From Balneolaceae bacterium UBA7797 (lineage in GTDB: Bacteria; Bacteroidota; Rhodothermia; Balneolales; Balneolaceae), in NCBI GenBank assembly GCA_002480645.1, contig DLCN01000003.1, forward strand, positions 276,355-308,354: DNA of 32,000 nt, read 5' to 3'. Shown piece by piece: positions 9,182 through 16,829 of this stretch. Position 1 is the first letter of the stretch, and each line of letters opens with the position of its first letter. A program made the translations under genes and the position numbers. The notes under the pieces were generated by a model. It searched no databases. It was not told where the DNA came from and saw only the letters and a program-made list of their open reading frames with translations.

Positions 9182-11062
9182 TCAGTTTTCCTCTTTTACC
9201 AGTTCGCCTTTTTTATGAAGCTCCGCGTAATAACGGATAGACTTCATTAACATTGATTTGGCCGGATTGGTTGCTTTAATATCTTTGATCGGATTCTCCT
9301 GTAATTCCAACCGGATCAGGCGTTGCTCTCTGGAAGGTCGTACAGATAATATCCGGTCAAGGATTTTAGGTTCCAAACCTGCAACAGCTTCCAGTATAGT
9401 GCCTGTATTCAGTTCATTGGCAGCATGCTTAATGATCTCAATATCAAGATCCGGAATCTGTTCTATTGTGATGAATTGTTCTTTTAATGCTTCCGCAACC
9501 ACAGAGCCCGTAGCCTGGAGTTGCTCAATATATTGCCGCTGTTGGGTAACAGGAAGTTTTTCAAGAACCGGAAGGATGTTTTCGGTTCCTTTTCGTTCTT
9601 CTTTTTCCAGCTCGATCAATTCCATGGTTTTATCGAATAGCGAATTTGATATAACCCGATGCTGTTTATAGGTAAGATTATGTAGCGTAGCCATTTTTAA
9701 CATGATGTCAGCTACTCTGTCTCTGTCTAATTGATCCAGTATGGAAGCAGCCCGATATTCATCCAGATAATCAATGATCAGAGCTGCAGTTTGGGTATTC
9801 TCTGTTTTGAGCAATCTGAGAATAACTTTCTCAGATACGTGATCCAGAAAACGGAATAAATTAAGCTGGGAGTGTTTCTGCCTGTTTTCTGATTCACCTT
9901 TGTTACCACCCAGTAATTCGTTGAATTCTGTAGCTATTTGTTTTCGTTCTTCCGTACTGAGAGGGGGTAAGTTATCCAGAGCATCACTGATCGCCTGATA
10001 ATAATCCGGTCGTATATCTTTTTTCAGAGAACGAATAAGGTGTCGATCTACTGACGCAATGACCTGAGCGGCACGCCGGGCTCCCTGGTCCGCATGTTCA
10101 TCCATCCAGTATTCAAACAACAGAGAAATATCCTGTGGCTTATTGAAGAAATTCTGAATCAGAAGATCTACTTCATTCGCTTTATCCGGCTCTATAGTTT
10201 TCAGGATCACTGAATTTGAGGTCTGATCGTTTTTAACTTTTCCTTCAACAGTAAGATCACTTCTTAGATTGCTGCGCTGGGACCGGATTGTAGATTGATC
10301 GGTGGAAGATTTTCGGGTAAAGATGCGAGATATAACCAGAGCGATCAGAAACAATACAAAAAGAACCGCCAGAGGGATGTAATCATTAATGCTTTCAGCA
10401 AAAGTTTTTTCTACTTCGGGCTGATTATTCTGTTGAGGAAGTTGCGGGAGTTCCTGAGCCATATCATCCTGAAAATCAGGCATATTTAAGCGCCGAATGT
10501 TGATCACATCTCCACGATTATCATCTGTTTTAGCAGCGATACCTGTGATCAATCTCATAAATTCCAGTTCACGGGTGGTAAGAGATGAATCAGCATAAAT
10601 ATTAATTACCAGGCTATTCAGTTTAAGAGTACGAATGGTATTCTGATTCAGGATCTTTTCCGGATTATTCTCCACATTTTCATCCGGAAGAAGATTCTCT
10701 TCGGGTAAAAAAGGGAGTCCCGGCATGGTAATATTATTAGGTCGCTGCCTTATGACCTGATTTTGAGTAACGGTGAAGGTTTCGTCGACCATCTCGGCAC
10801 TGATATCAACATCTACAAAAAATGAGCGGGGGTCGAAATAATTGGAAAGTATCTGTAAGACCTGTGCATCGTAACGTTGTTCAAGGGTTGCAACTCTGAG
10901 TTCAAAAGAATCGGAAGTGGTTACATTTTCCCCGGTTTGGGCATAACTATTACCTCCAGCAAAAAGAATGATGAGAGTAAGAGCGAAAACCCAAAGTAAA
11001 TTACTGCTTAAGCCAAATCGTAAGTGCTTAAAATAGATGATTTTGCAATTATAGGTCGACAT
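9182..11062 (-). CDS. Membrane-anchored FliG-like protein: signal/TM, periplasmic domain of about 185 aa, one TM helix, then complete FliG N/M/C-like region
   Basis: 626 aa. The N-terminal h-region is LLWVFALTLIILFAGGNSYA-Q. The periplasmic segment is aa 42-227 (10382-10939) and the TM helix is YIPLAVLFVLFLIALVISRIF (10322-10381). Cytoplasmic aa 310-626 (9185-10135) align by eye with E. coli FliG recalled from memory. N domain: GARRAAQVIASVDRHLIRSL...LSTEERKQIATEF vs [20 protein letters not shown]...ISNKQLTDVLAEF. M domain: FRFLDHVSEKVILRLLKTENTQTAALIIDYLDEYRAASILDQLDRDRVADIMLKMATL vs [55 protein letters not shown]. C domain: SVRPSREQRLIRLELQENPIKDIKATNPAKSMLMKSIRYYAELHKKGELV vs NMSQRAADILRDDLANRGPVRLSQVENEQKAILLIVRRLAETGEMV. 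Confidence 0.7.
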   Translation of the reverse strand: MSTYNCKIIYFKHLRFGLSSNLLWVFALTLIILFAGGNSYAQTGENVTTSDSFELRVATLEQRYDAQVLQILSNYFDPRSFFVDVDISAEMVDETFTVTQNQVIRQRPNNITMPGLPFLPEENLLPDENVENNPEKILNQNTIRTLKLNSLVINIYADSSLTTRELEFMRLITGIAAKTDDNRGDVINIRRLNMPDFQDDMAQELPQLPQQNNQPEVEKTFAESINDYIPLAVLFVLFLIALVISRIFTRKSSTDQSTIRSQRSNLRSDLTVEGKVKNDQTSNSVILKTIEPDKANEVDLLIQNFFNKPQDISLLFEYWMDEHADQGARRAAQVIASVDRHLIRSLKKDIRPDYYQAISDALDNLPPLSTEERKQIATEFNELLGGNKGESENRQKHSQLNLFRFLDHVSEKVILRLLKTENTQTAALIIDYLDEYRAASILDQLDRDRVADIMLKMATLHNLTYKQHRVISNSLFDKTMELIELEKEERKGTENILPVLEKLPVTQQRQYIEQLQATGSVVAEALKEQFITIEQIPDLDIEIIKHAANELNTGTILEAVAGLEPKILDRILSVRPSREQRLIRLELQENPIKDIKATNPAKSMLMKSIRYYAELHKKGELVKEEN

Positions 11063-11102
11063 ATTGTAATGTTAGCCGTTTACGAACTTCAATACCATAA
11101 AT

Positions 11103-14102
11103 TTATTCTAATGATCCGCCTATATTTATGATCTGATCCAGAGCTTCCATTTCAGGAATATAAATATCCGGATTAAATCTTACAGCCATATTCCAATTCT
11201 CTCTGGCGAGCTCTTTCTCGCCTTTCAAATAGTGGAGGCTACCCTTTAGAGCGTATCCTTGTGCCGTCTTGAAAATGTCCAGCGATTCGTTAACCAGATC
11301 CATCGCCTGTTCAATTCTTTTTCTGTAGAATGCATTCTGTGCCATAATGATCAAACGTAACGAACGGTCCAGATCATTAAGTAAAGACTCTCTGTATGCG
11401 ACCAATTCTCTGTCTGTTTCTAAACTTGCCATGATCGTTTGAAGCGTATCATTCAGCGCTTCCTGCTCTTCATCATAATCTTTTGGAACGATCAGAAAGT
11501 GTAAGCCTTCTATAAAGTCACCTTCAGATTTTGCCTCCACTTCAATATCCAGTTTTTCGGGGATGGTTCTGGAACCAAGAAGATTCAGCTGACTTTGATC
11601 GACGGTAAGTTCATATTTACCCGGAGGGAGTTCATAATCGTAAAAAGTACCATCCGTAAACGTTCTGATGTCTTTTCTGAAGTCATTTTCAGTACCAACG
11701 ATATGGATATTCAATCCTCCCTGAGGCTGGGTATGACCCTCTTCGTATAACCGCTCTACATTACCTTCAATAACGCCCGATAAATAAAAGGGGATATCGA
11801 TCTTCTTAAAGCTGTTCGGGTCGGTTACAAGCGAGAATTTTTCCAGTTCCGGAACCAGCATCGGATTATTCAGCGAAGCCTTCATCATTTCCATATTGTA
11901 CCGGTAATATGACTGCATCTGCGTGTAATAAAGTACTCCGTTCTTATAGATGGGGAAAGAGCCGGACCTTCCGATCCTCATCTTACCTTCTGGTATCAGG
12001 TTATCTTCTTCTTTATCGTACGTATGATTGTTATTGTTATCTACAAACATACGAATCGCAGTTCCTGATTTACCGACCTGATTTCTGCTCGTGATAATGA
12101 AATTCTTATAGTTACTGTCGTAACCCACCGATCCGCGGACATTTTGTGTGGCCGTATAACTTGTTGAATTGGTGGTAAAGGTGGTGGTAGTTCTTGCTTT
12201 ATTGAATTCAAAAATAAAGCCGATTCTGAAATTTGTATTCTGTGTAATGAAATTCTGCCCCAAAGAAACCTGAATTCGGCCGGTTTTCATAACACTTTTC
12301 GAGATCATCATTTCCATGGATTCAGATTGTTTCAAATACGGTCGGTATCTGTAAGTACCTCTGAAAAATGTCCCGATAAGGAAATCAGGGATCTTTTGTT
12401 CTCTGGTTAAACTATAGGTTACAGAACTGTTAACGGAGGCCGCACGAGTCATCTCCAAAGGGTTGAAGGTATCAATCAGTCTGTCACTGTAGCCCAGTCT
12501 TAAGTTCATTTTCTTAACACGAGTGTTCAGATCCAGTCTGTAGTTTGAAAAATTCTCGTTATCTCTGAAGCGGGTATAGGTAGAAGCCCTCACATTTAAC
12601 GGGAAATTGCCGATCCTGAAAGGATAAAATCCGCTTAAGCTGAGCTGACTACTATTTCCACCTTGATTATACAATCCGGATTGTGCAATAAAGTTTGTGT
12701 AATTAACGCTAAAACTGGAGCTGTTTGCGTATATGGCATTAATTCCGGACCTGAAAAATCCATTTGAGATAGCTTCCATGGTTACAATGTAATTTGTAAG
12801 CAGACGCCCTGATACTTTGGAAGTAATGCTGGGACCGGGATTGGAGACTAACCCGTCAAAATACTCAAATCCGGCTCCGGCTGTCAGCCAGTTTGTAACC
12901 CCCACAGTGGTTTTTCCCTGTACAGTATAATTGCGATCTTCAGATCCTATAAGTGAATTTTTTAGCCTTCCTGCGTTTAAGTGATAGGTGACTTCGCCTT
13001 TAGGATTAAAGTTGAATGGAACCTGTACACGTCTCGATTCCTGAATGATCTGTCCCGTAGGACCGTAAATTCTAAGGTCTAATTGTGAGGATCCATAATA
13101 TAACGGTGCAATAAAACGATATCTCCCCAGATCATCCGCTTTTTGAAAATCGATAAGTGAATTGTTTAAGTACAATTCTACTTCTGATTGTGGAGTCACA
13201 TAACCCTGAACTTCGTATTCATCAAAAAACTGACGGCTTTCAATGGGCTCATTAGTTAAACGCACACCAACATATTGCGAATTCAATGCTCCGTCCAGCG
13301 TATTGTCACCAACAGCTACTTTTGTTATTAGCGGTGTATCTCTGATAATATATCGCCAGCGTAGGTTATTAGTGGCGAAGGTCGAGAATTCCGAATTAAC
13401 TGCTGCAATTGTTGAACCCTGCAGATCCCCACCGGCTAATTGAAGACCAATGTTATTACTCATATTAAAGGTAGTAGAGCTTTGACTATTGATCGCAGAA
13501 ATGGAGTAGTCCATGAAGCCTCCATCAAATGCACTCCATTTCCGGTCAAATTCCAGTGGAAAGAATTCGGTGGTAGTTCGGTAACCACGTTGCATATTCT
13601 CTCTTTTTGCCGTTCTTACCGTTCTTTCGATACGTGGAATAGGAATATTGGTCTCCAGATCTAATGCAAGGTTATTGAAATCAACCGTAAAATTTAGCCC
13701 AAAGATATTTTTAAAAATGTCTGGATGTAAGAAATAGTCCAGCTCTTTGATCAGAACCTCTTCCGGTTTGATCTCTGTAGAGGTACCATCAAATGTAATT
13801 GTATAATTTTCAAGATCGATTCGATACGGAATCTGATCGAGCCCAAAATTTCCCTGGACTACCAGACCATTTACATTGGCTTCGAAATCGAGCGTAGAAA
13901 AAAGACCGTTAACAGGCAGGTAGAAAACATCGTCAAGGTAGTAAGAAGTGACGATGCTGTTAATTACACCACGGTGTCTGAATGCAAGATATACCTCGAA
14001 ACTATCATCCTCGTCTACCTGAGCAACACTGTTAACAGGAAACAGTAATCCAAGTAGCAGAGAAAGAATTAAATAACGGGCAAAATTGCATCTTACATTC
14101 AC
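11103..14102 (-). CDS. Outer-membrane fimbrial usher-like protein with a C-terminal CarboxypepD_reg-like domain and TPR-like tail
   Basis: 999 aa with signal peptide LILSLLLGLLFPVNSVAQ. The segment VQGYVTPQSEVELYLNNSLIDFQKADDLGRYRFIAPLYYGSSQLDLRIYGPTGQIIQESRRVQVPFNFNPKGEVTYHLNAGRL (about 12960-13215) follows the usher pattern seen in PapC/FimD (G.a.p.a.V.v.qNG..i....V.pGpF.i.dl....sGdL.v.v.e.dG......v.vp....l..G...Y.l..Gr). A long region of alternating beta-strand-like sequence follows. The C-terminal part has GVIEGNV...TFTDGTFYDYELPPGKYELTV and a TPR-like end (AQGYALKGSLHYLKGEKELARENWNMAVRFNPD). The start is GTG at 14102 and overlaps the chaperone stop (GTGA). Confidence 0.65.
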   Translation of the reverse strand: MNVRCNFARYLILSLLLGLLFPVNSVAQVDEDDSFEVYLAFRHRGVINSIVTSYYLDDVFYLPVNGLFSTLDFEANVNGLVVQGNFGLDQIPYRIDLENYTITFDGTSTEIKPEEVLIKELDYFLHPDIFKNIFGLNFTVDFNNLALDLETNIPIPRIERTVRTAKRENMQRGYRTTTEFFPLEFDRKWSAFDGGFMDYSISAINSQSSTTFNMSNNIGLQLAGGDLQGSTIAAVNSEFSTFATNNLRWRYIIRDTPLITKVAVGDNTLDGALNSQYVGVRLTNEPIESRQFFDEYEVQGYVTPQSEVELYLNNSLIDFQKADDLGRYRFIAPLYYGSSQLDLRIYGPTGQIIQESRRVQVPFNFNPKGEVTYHLNAGRLKNSLIGSEDRNYTVQGKTTVGVTNWLTAGAGFEYFDGLVSNPGPSITSKVSGRLLTNYIVTMEAISNGFFRSGINAIYANSSSFSVNYTNFIAQSGLYNQGGNSSQLSLSGFYPFRIGNFPLNVRASTYTRFRDNENFSNYRLDLNTRVKKMNLRLGYSDRLIDTFNPLEMTRAASVNSSVTYSLTREQKIPDFLIGTFFRGTYRYRPYLKQSESMEMMISKSVMKTGRIQVSLGQNFITQNTNFRIGFIFEFNKARTTTTFTTNSTSYTATQNVRGSVGYDSNYKNFIITSRNQVGKSGTAIRMFVDNNNNHTYDKEEDNLIPEGKMRIGRSGSFPIYKNGVLYYTQMQSYYRYNMEMMKASLNNPMLVPELEKFSLVTDPNSFKKIDIPFYLSGVIEGNVERLYEEGHTQPQGGLNIHIVGTENDFRKDIRTFTDGTFYDYELPPGKYELTVDQSQLNLLGSRTIPEKLDIEVEAKSEGDFIEGLHFLIVPKDYDEEQEALNDTLQTIMASLETDRELVAYRESLLNDLDRSLRLIIMAQNAFYRKRIEQAMDLVNESLDIFKTAQGYALKGSLHYLKGEKELARENWNMAVRFNPDIYIPEMEALDQIINIGGSLE

Positions 14103-14926
14103 CGGATTGAGATCGTTTCTGAAGCAGTGACCGGATCCATCTGGATCAGATCATTTGAAGATAAATCTGGCCTTTGAGATTCAAACAGGGCAGATACACG
14201 GTAAGTGCCGGGAGCAAGGTCGGTAAGATCGAAATCCTGACGATAAACGCCATCGAAGTACATAGAGGTAGAAATGAAACTACGTCGTACTTCTTCTCCC
14301 GCCGGGTTAAACAAAGAAAGTGTAACTGAACCTAAAAAAGGAGAGTTTCCCGTTCTGTTATAATCCACCATAACAGCGAGACTTCCGTCATCATTTAAAG
14401 AAGAACGAATTCCTTCAATTTCAATTCCGGTTGAAACGTCTCCTTTTTTATAAAAAAGTCCGGTTACCTGTTCTACGGTTATACCAACAGTTGCACTAAC
14501 TACCTCAGAGGTTTGGAGCTCTAAGGGTGGTGCTTCCGGTGACGATTTTGTCTTGATTCTTGCCCAGTAGGTGCCATCATTCAGATCATTAGGAGGGGTT
14601 ACTCTTAAACGAACCATCTGGCGTTGACCCGGTGATAACGTGAAGTTCTGAGGGAAAGCTCTGATATAATCCGCAATAGAATATTGTTGCTGAACCAGGC
14701 TATCATCAACTACAGCAGAGCGGTTGCCATCGTTATCAGTACTGCTATAGGCAAAGAAAAAATCTATCGACACTTCCTGAGTTTGGTTTCCGCCATTAAC
14801 CACCATGTAGGACCCAAACCGTGAATTGGCATCAAGAAATAGATTTGTAGGGGCAATAGTAACCTGAGCAAAGGCTACAGAACCAAACAAAAAACAAGCA
14901 AAGACTGTAATTGATATTCGTTTCAT
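14099..14926 (-). CDS. Periplasmic pilus chaperone (PapD-like, two Ig-like domains)
   Basis: 275 aa with signal peptide FACFLFGSVAFAQ. The N-domain pattern VTIAPTNLFLDANSRFGSYMVVNGGNQTQEVSIDFFF...FPQNFTLSPGQRQMVRLRV...DGTYWARIKT resembles the PapD_N signature (v.i.PtR.i......sl.v.N.g..p..vq......f.v.PP.f.l.pg..q.vRi). A second Ig-like half follows. Its stop overlaps the usher-like gene's start. Confidence 0.7.
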   Translation of the reverse strand: MKRISITVFACFLFGSVAFAQVTIAPTNLFLDANSRFGSYMVVNGGNQTQEVSIDFFFAYSSTDNDGNRSAVVDDSLVQQQYSIADYIRAFPQNFTLSPGQRQMVRLRVTPPNDLNDGTYWARIKTKSSPEAPPLELQTSEVVSATVGITVEQVTGLFYKKGDVSTGIEIEGIRSSLNDDGSLAVMVDYNRTGNSPFLGSVTLSLFNPAGEEVRRSFISTSMYFDGVYRQDFDLTDLAPGTYRVSALFESQRPDLSSNDLIQMDPVTASETISIR

Positions 14927-15014
14927 CGAATTTTTTTTTGTTTTAAAAACTAGGTCAATCTAATAAAAAATCAATTTCAGTGTTCAATTATTTATTAGTT
15001 GAAAAATCACCCCT

Positions 15015-15047
15015 AAAAAAAAAGTCTCACAAAATTGTGAGACTTTT
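15015..15047 (-). terminator. Strong rho-independent terminator directly after the putative major pilin gene
   Basis: Perfect stem GTCTCACA (15024-15031) / TGTGAGAC (15036-15043), extendable by A-T pairs, with a 4-nt loop. On the - strand transcript the hairpin is followed by U9 (A9 at 15015-23 on +). It lies 21 nt downstream of the stop at 15069. T4 on the + side makes it weakly bidirectional. Confidence 0.75.
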
Positions 15048-15068
15048 AAATTCTGTTTTACTGTTTGA

Positions 15069-15590
15069 TTATTGGTAATCAACAGTGATCGCGATATCGT
15101 CTCCACCAGTGTTTGAAGTAGAGTAGTTACCGGCAGTTTCAGTACCTGCGAAGTTGATAGTTCCACCAACATACACATCCAGAGTACCACCGGAAAGAGC
15201 AGTTGCGTGAGCACCATCACTATCAACAGTTGTGCCGTCAAAGATCTCAACATCCATAGTAGGTAGCGGAGTTGTTCCGTCGGTAAGAGTTGCAGATACA
15301 TCATAAGTAATATCGATTGCAGAGTTGCCAGTACCTGTAATGGTAATTCGACCGCGCTGAGAACCGGTTCCGGCACCAGCATCAACTCCGTCAGCACCTA
15401 CAGTAACGTTACCTGAAGTACCGGTTGCAATAGCACCGAAAGATACCGTATCAACTACAGTGATGTTAAGAGAAGCAAGAACGTTTGCAGCTGCACCAAC
15501 GTTGTCAGATGCACTTGTTTGAGCGAAAGCAGCAGTAGAAGCGATAGCAACTACAGCAAGAACAGCGAATATATTTTTGAAAGATTTCAT
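15069..15590 (-). CDS. DUF4402-type pilin-like secreted protein, putative major subunit
   Basis: The preferred start is the ATG at 15590 (MKSFKNIFAVLAVVAIASTAAFAQ, a classic signal peptide), not the ORF-track start at 15641. The mature protein is Thr/Gly/Ala-rich and has the DUF4402-like layout: N-terminal ...LNITVVDTVSFGAIA..., ...RGRITITGTGNSAIDITY..., and a C-terminal ...VYVGGTINFAGTETAGNYS...IAITVDYQ ending. It is flanked by a promoter-like box and a strong terminator. Confidence 0.7.
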   Translation of the reverse strand: MKSFKNIFAVLAVVAIASTAAFAQTSASDNVGAAANVLASLNITVVDTVSFGAIATGTSGNVTVGADGVDAGAGTGSQRGRITITGTGNSAIDITYDVSATLTDGTTPLPTMDVEIFDGTTVDSDGAHATALSGGTLDVYVGGTINFAGTETAGNYSTSNTGGDDIAITVDYQ

Positions 15591-15626
15591 AGTGTGTGGA
15601 CTAAGTGTTGTTTTGAGTTTCTGATA

Positions 15627-15634
15627 CAAAGTTA
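15627..15634 (-). promoter_or_regulatory. Candidate -7 promoter box (TAnnTTTG) for the major pilin-like gene
   Basis: The minus strand reads TAACTTTG (+ strand CAAAGTTA at 15627-15634), an exact TAnnTTTG match 36 nt upstream of the ATG at 15590. No well-spaced -33 TTTG was found. This is motif-only evidence. Confidence 0.3.
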
Positions 15635-15700
15635 GGAGCAATCAGCAAATACAACAAGTTAGATTCTATTAATCAATTTAGGGAGTTTTTAATGTACTCT

Positions 15701-16225
15701 TTAGTCATAAGAAACAATAAGTAAGGCCTCTCCGGAATAGCTTCCGTTTGGGATGTTTCCAATGTTAATTGCCCCTGTTACATATACAAATACATCTTTC
15801 CAGTAATCGGTATTTGCCCCTGTTGTGCTTGCAAAATTGGTCATGTTAATAAAGCCATAGTTATTTGCCAGTAATTTGGAATCAAAAGGGTCGTCCCCTG
15901 AATTGTTATAATAGATATTCAGATCCAGGGGAATATTATCTTCGATAGTAGGATCAGAATGGCTAAGTGCATCGGGATAATCTAATTCGATAGTAAGACT
16001 TTGAGTCCGGTAGGTTCTGATCTTGAATATTCCAAGACTGAGATCATCGAGACCAATTCTGGTAATTCCGGAGTTTGTGGTGAGCGTACCGAAATTTAAT
16101 TCCTGTTCCACCTCAATGGTCAATTCCGGTTCAACATCAATTTCGATATCTATGATCTGGGCGTTTACAAAGATGGGGCAAATAGACAGAATTATGAGAA
16201 CAGAAAAGAATCTTGCTCTAATCAT
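15701..16225 (-). CDS. DUF4402-like pilin paralogue (minor subunit candidate)
   Basis: 174 aa with signal peptide FFSVLIILSICPIFVNAQ. It has ...ELNFGTLTT... early in the mature protein and the C-terminal family ending VYVTGAINIGNIPNGSYSGEALLIVSYD. Its ATG overlaps the upstream gene's stop by 8 nt (ATGATTAG). Confidence 0.6.
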   Translation of the reverse strand: MIRARFFSVLIILSICPIFVNAQIIDIEIDVEPELTIEVEQELNFGTLTTNSGITRIGLDDLSLGIFKIRTYRTQSLTIELDYPDALSHSDPTIEDNIPLDLNIYYNNSGDDPFDSKLLANNYGFINMTNFASTTGANTDYWKDVFVYVTGAINIGNIPNGSYSGEALLIVSYD

Positions 16226-16820
16226 AACTTACCATGATTGTGATCTGACCCTCGTACGTTCCGGCATCAATTGAGCCCACATTCAATGCCCCATATATAT
16301 AGATGTAAGCTGTCTCGTTGTATAATGCCGGGTTATATCCGCTATATACCGGAGTAGGGGGCGGACCCGGTGGATTATTACCACGATATTTGATCGGGAA
16401 CTGAGCACTTGCAATATTTGAAGCTATACTCATTGTGATAGCCTGACTGGTATTATTGAGCCCTCTGTTTGCGTAAGCGGCATTCAATGTAAAGGGTAAC
16501 CGGCAACTGGGGTCACTTACACAGGCAAGATTTCCATTCAATAGCAGGTAGTCGTCGGCGGTGATATCCACAATAACATCTAAATACTTTACGCCTTCAA
16601 TAGACAGAACCTTGGCATCATTAATATCTTTTGAAACCATGCCTTCATTCATGATCACAATACCAAAATCAAGGTCAGAACCGGGAGACAAATCAGAGAG
16701 AGTCACTGAATAAGAAGAACTATATGAACCGAAGTCTATTTCCTGCGCATAACTATGGTTCAATGAAAAAACTACAAGTAGTACCAGATATATAAAAAGG
16801 ATATGTGGTTTTCTTGACAT
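16218..16820 (-). CDS. DUF4402-like pilin paralogue with a Cys-loop and Pro-rich insertion (tip/adhesin subunit candidate)
   Basis: 200 aa with signal peptide ILFIYLVLLVVFSLNHSYAQ. It has ...DLDFGIVIM... and the C-terminal ending IYIYGALNVGSIDAGTYEGQITIMVSYD. It alone carries NGNLACVSDPSCRLPF (two Cys) and NNPPGPPPTPVYSGYNP. Confidence 0.6.
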   Translation of the reverse strand: MSRKPHILFIYLVLLVVFSLNHSYAQEIDFGSYSSSYSVTLSDLSPGSDLDFGIVIMNEGMVSKDINDAKVLSIEGVKYLDVIVDITADDYLLLNGNLACVSDPSCRLPFTLNAAYANRGLNNTSQAITMSIASNIASAQFPIKYRGNNPPGPPPTPVYSGYNPALYNETAYIYIYGALNVGSIDAGTYEGQITIMVSYD

Positions 16821-16829
16821 TATGATCTA

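Noticed and set aside
6010-11062. Reading motA/motB/fliG-like as a fragment of a conventional flagellar locus
   Set aside because: No fliF, fliM/N, flhA/B, fliI, rod/hook or flagellin genes occur anywhere in the 32 kb. The FliG-like region is fused to a periplasmic domain and TM helix, which canonical FliG lacks. The flanking genes are usher, chaperone and pilin genes. A flagellar regulon elsewhere in the genome cannot be excluded from this window.
9258-13664. Plus-strand ORFs of 61-137 aa inside the FliG-like and usher-like genes (9258..9671, 10295..10489, 11909..12094, 13243..13443, 13440..13664)
   Set aside because: They are antisense to long, motif-supported CDSs, have no signal peptides or domains, and are likely spurious.
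14984-15397. 137-aa minus-strand ORF overlapping the major pilin-like gene in another frame
   Set aside because: It lies largely within the better-supported DUF4402-like CDS and runs through the terminator hairpin. It is Leu-rich and low-complexity with no recognisable motif, so it is a likely frame shadow.
15591-15641. N-terminal extension of the major pilin-like ORF (ORF-track start at 15641, MLLTLYQKLKTTLSPHT...)
   Set aside because: The extension is not signal-peptide-like and overlaps the TAnnTTTG box. The internal ATG at 15590 yields a textbook signal peptide (MKSFKNIFAVLAVVAIASTAAFAQ).
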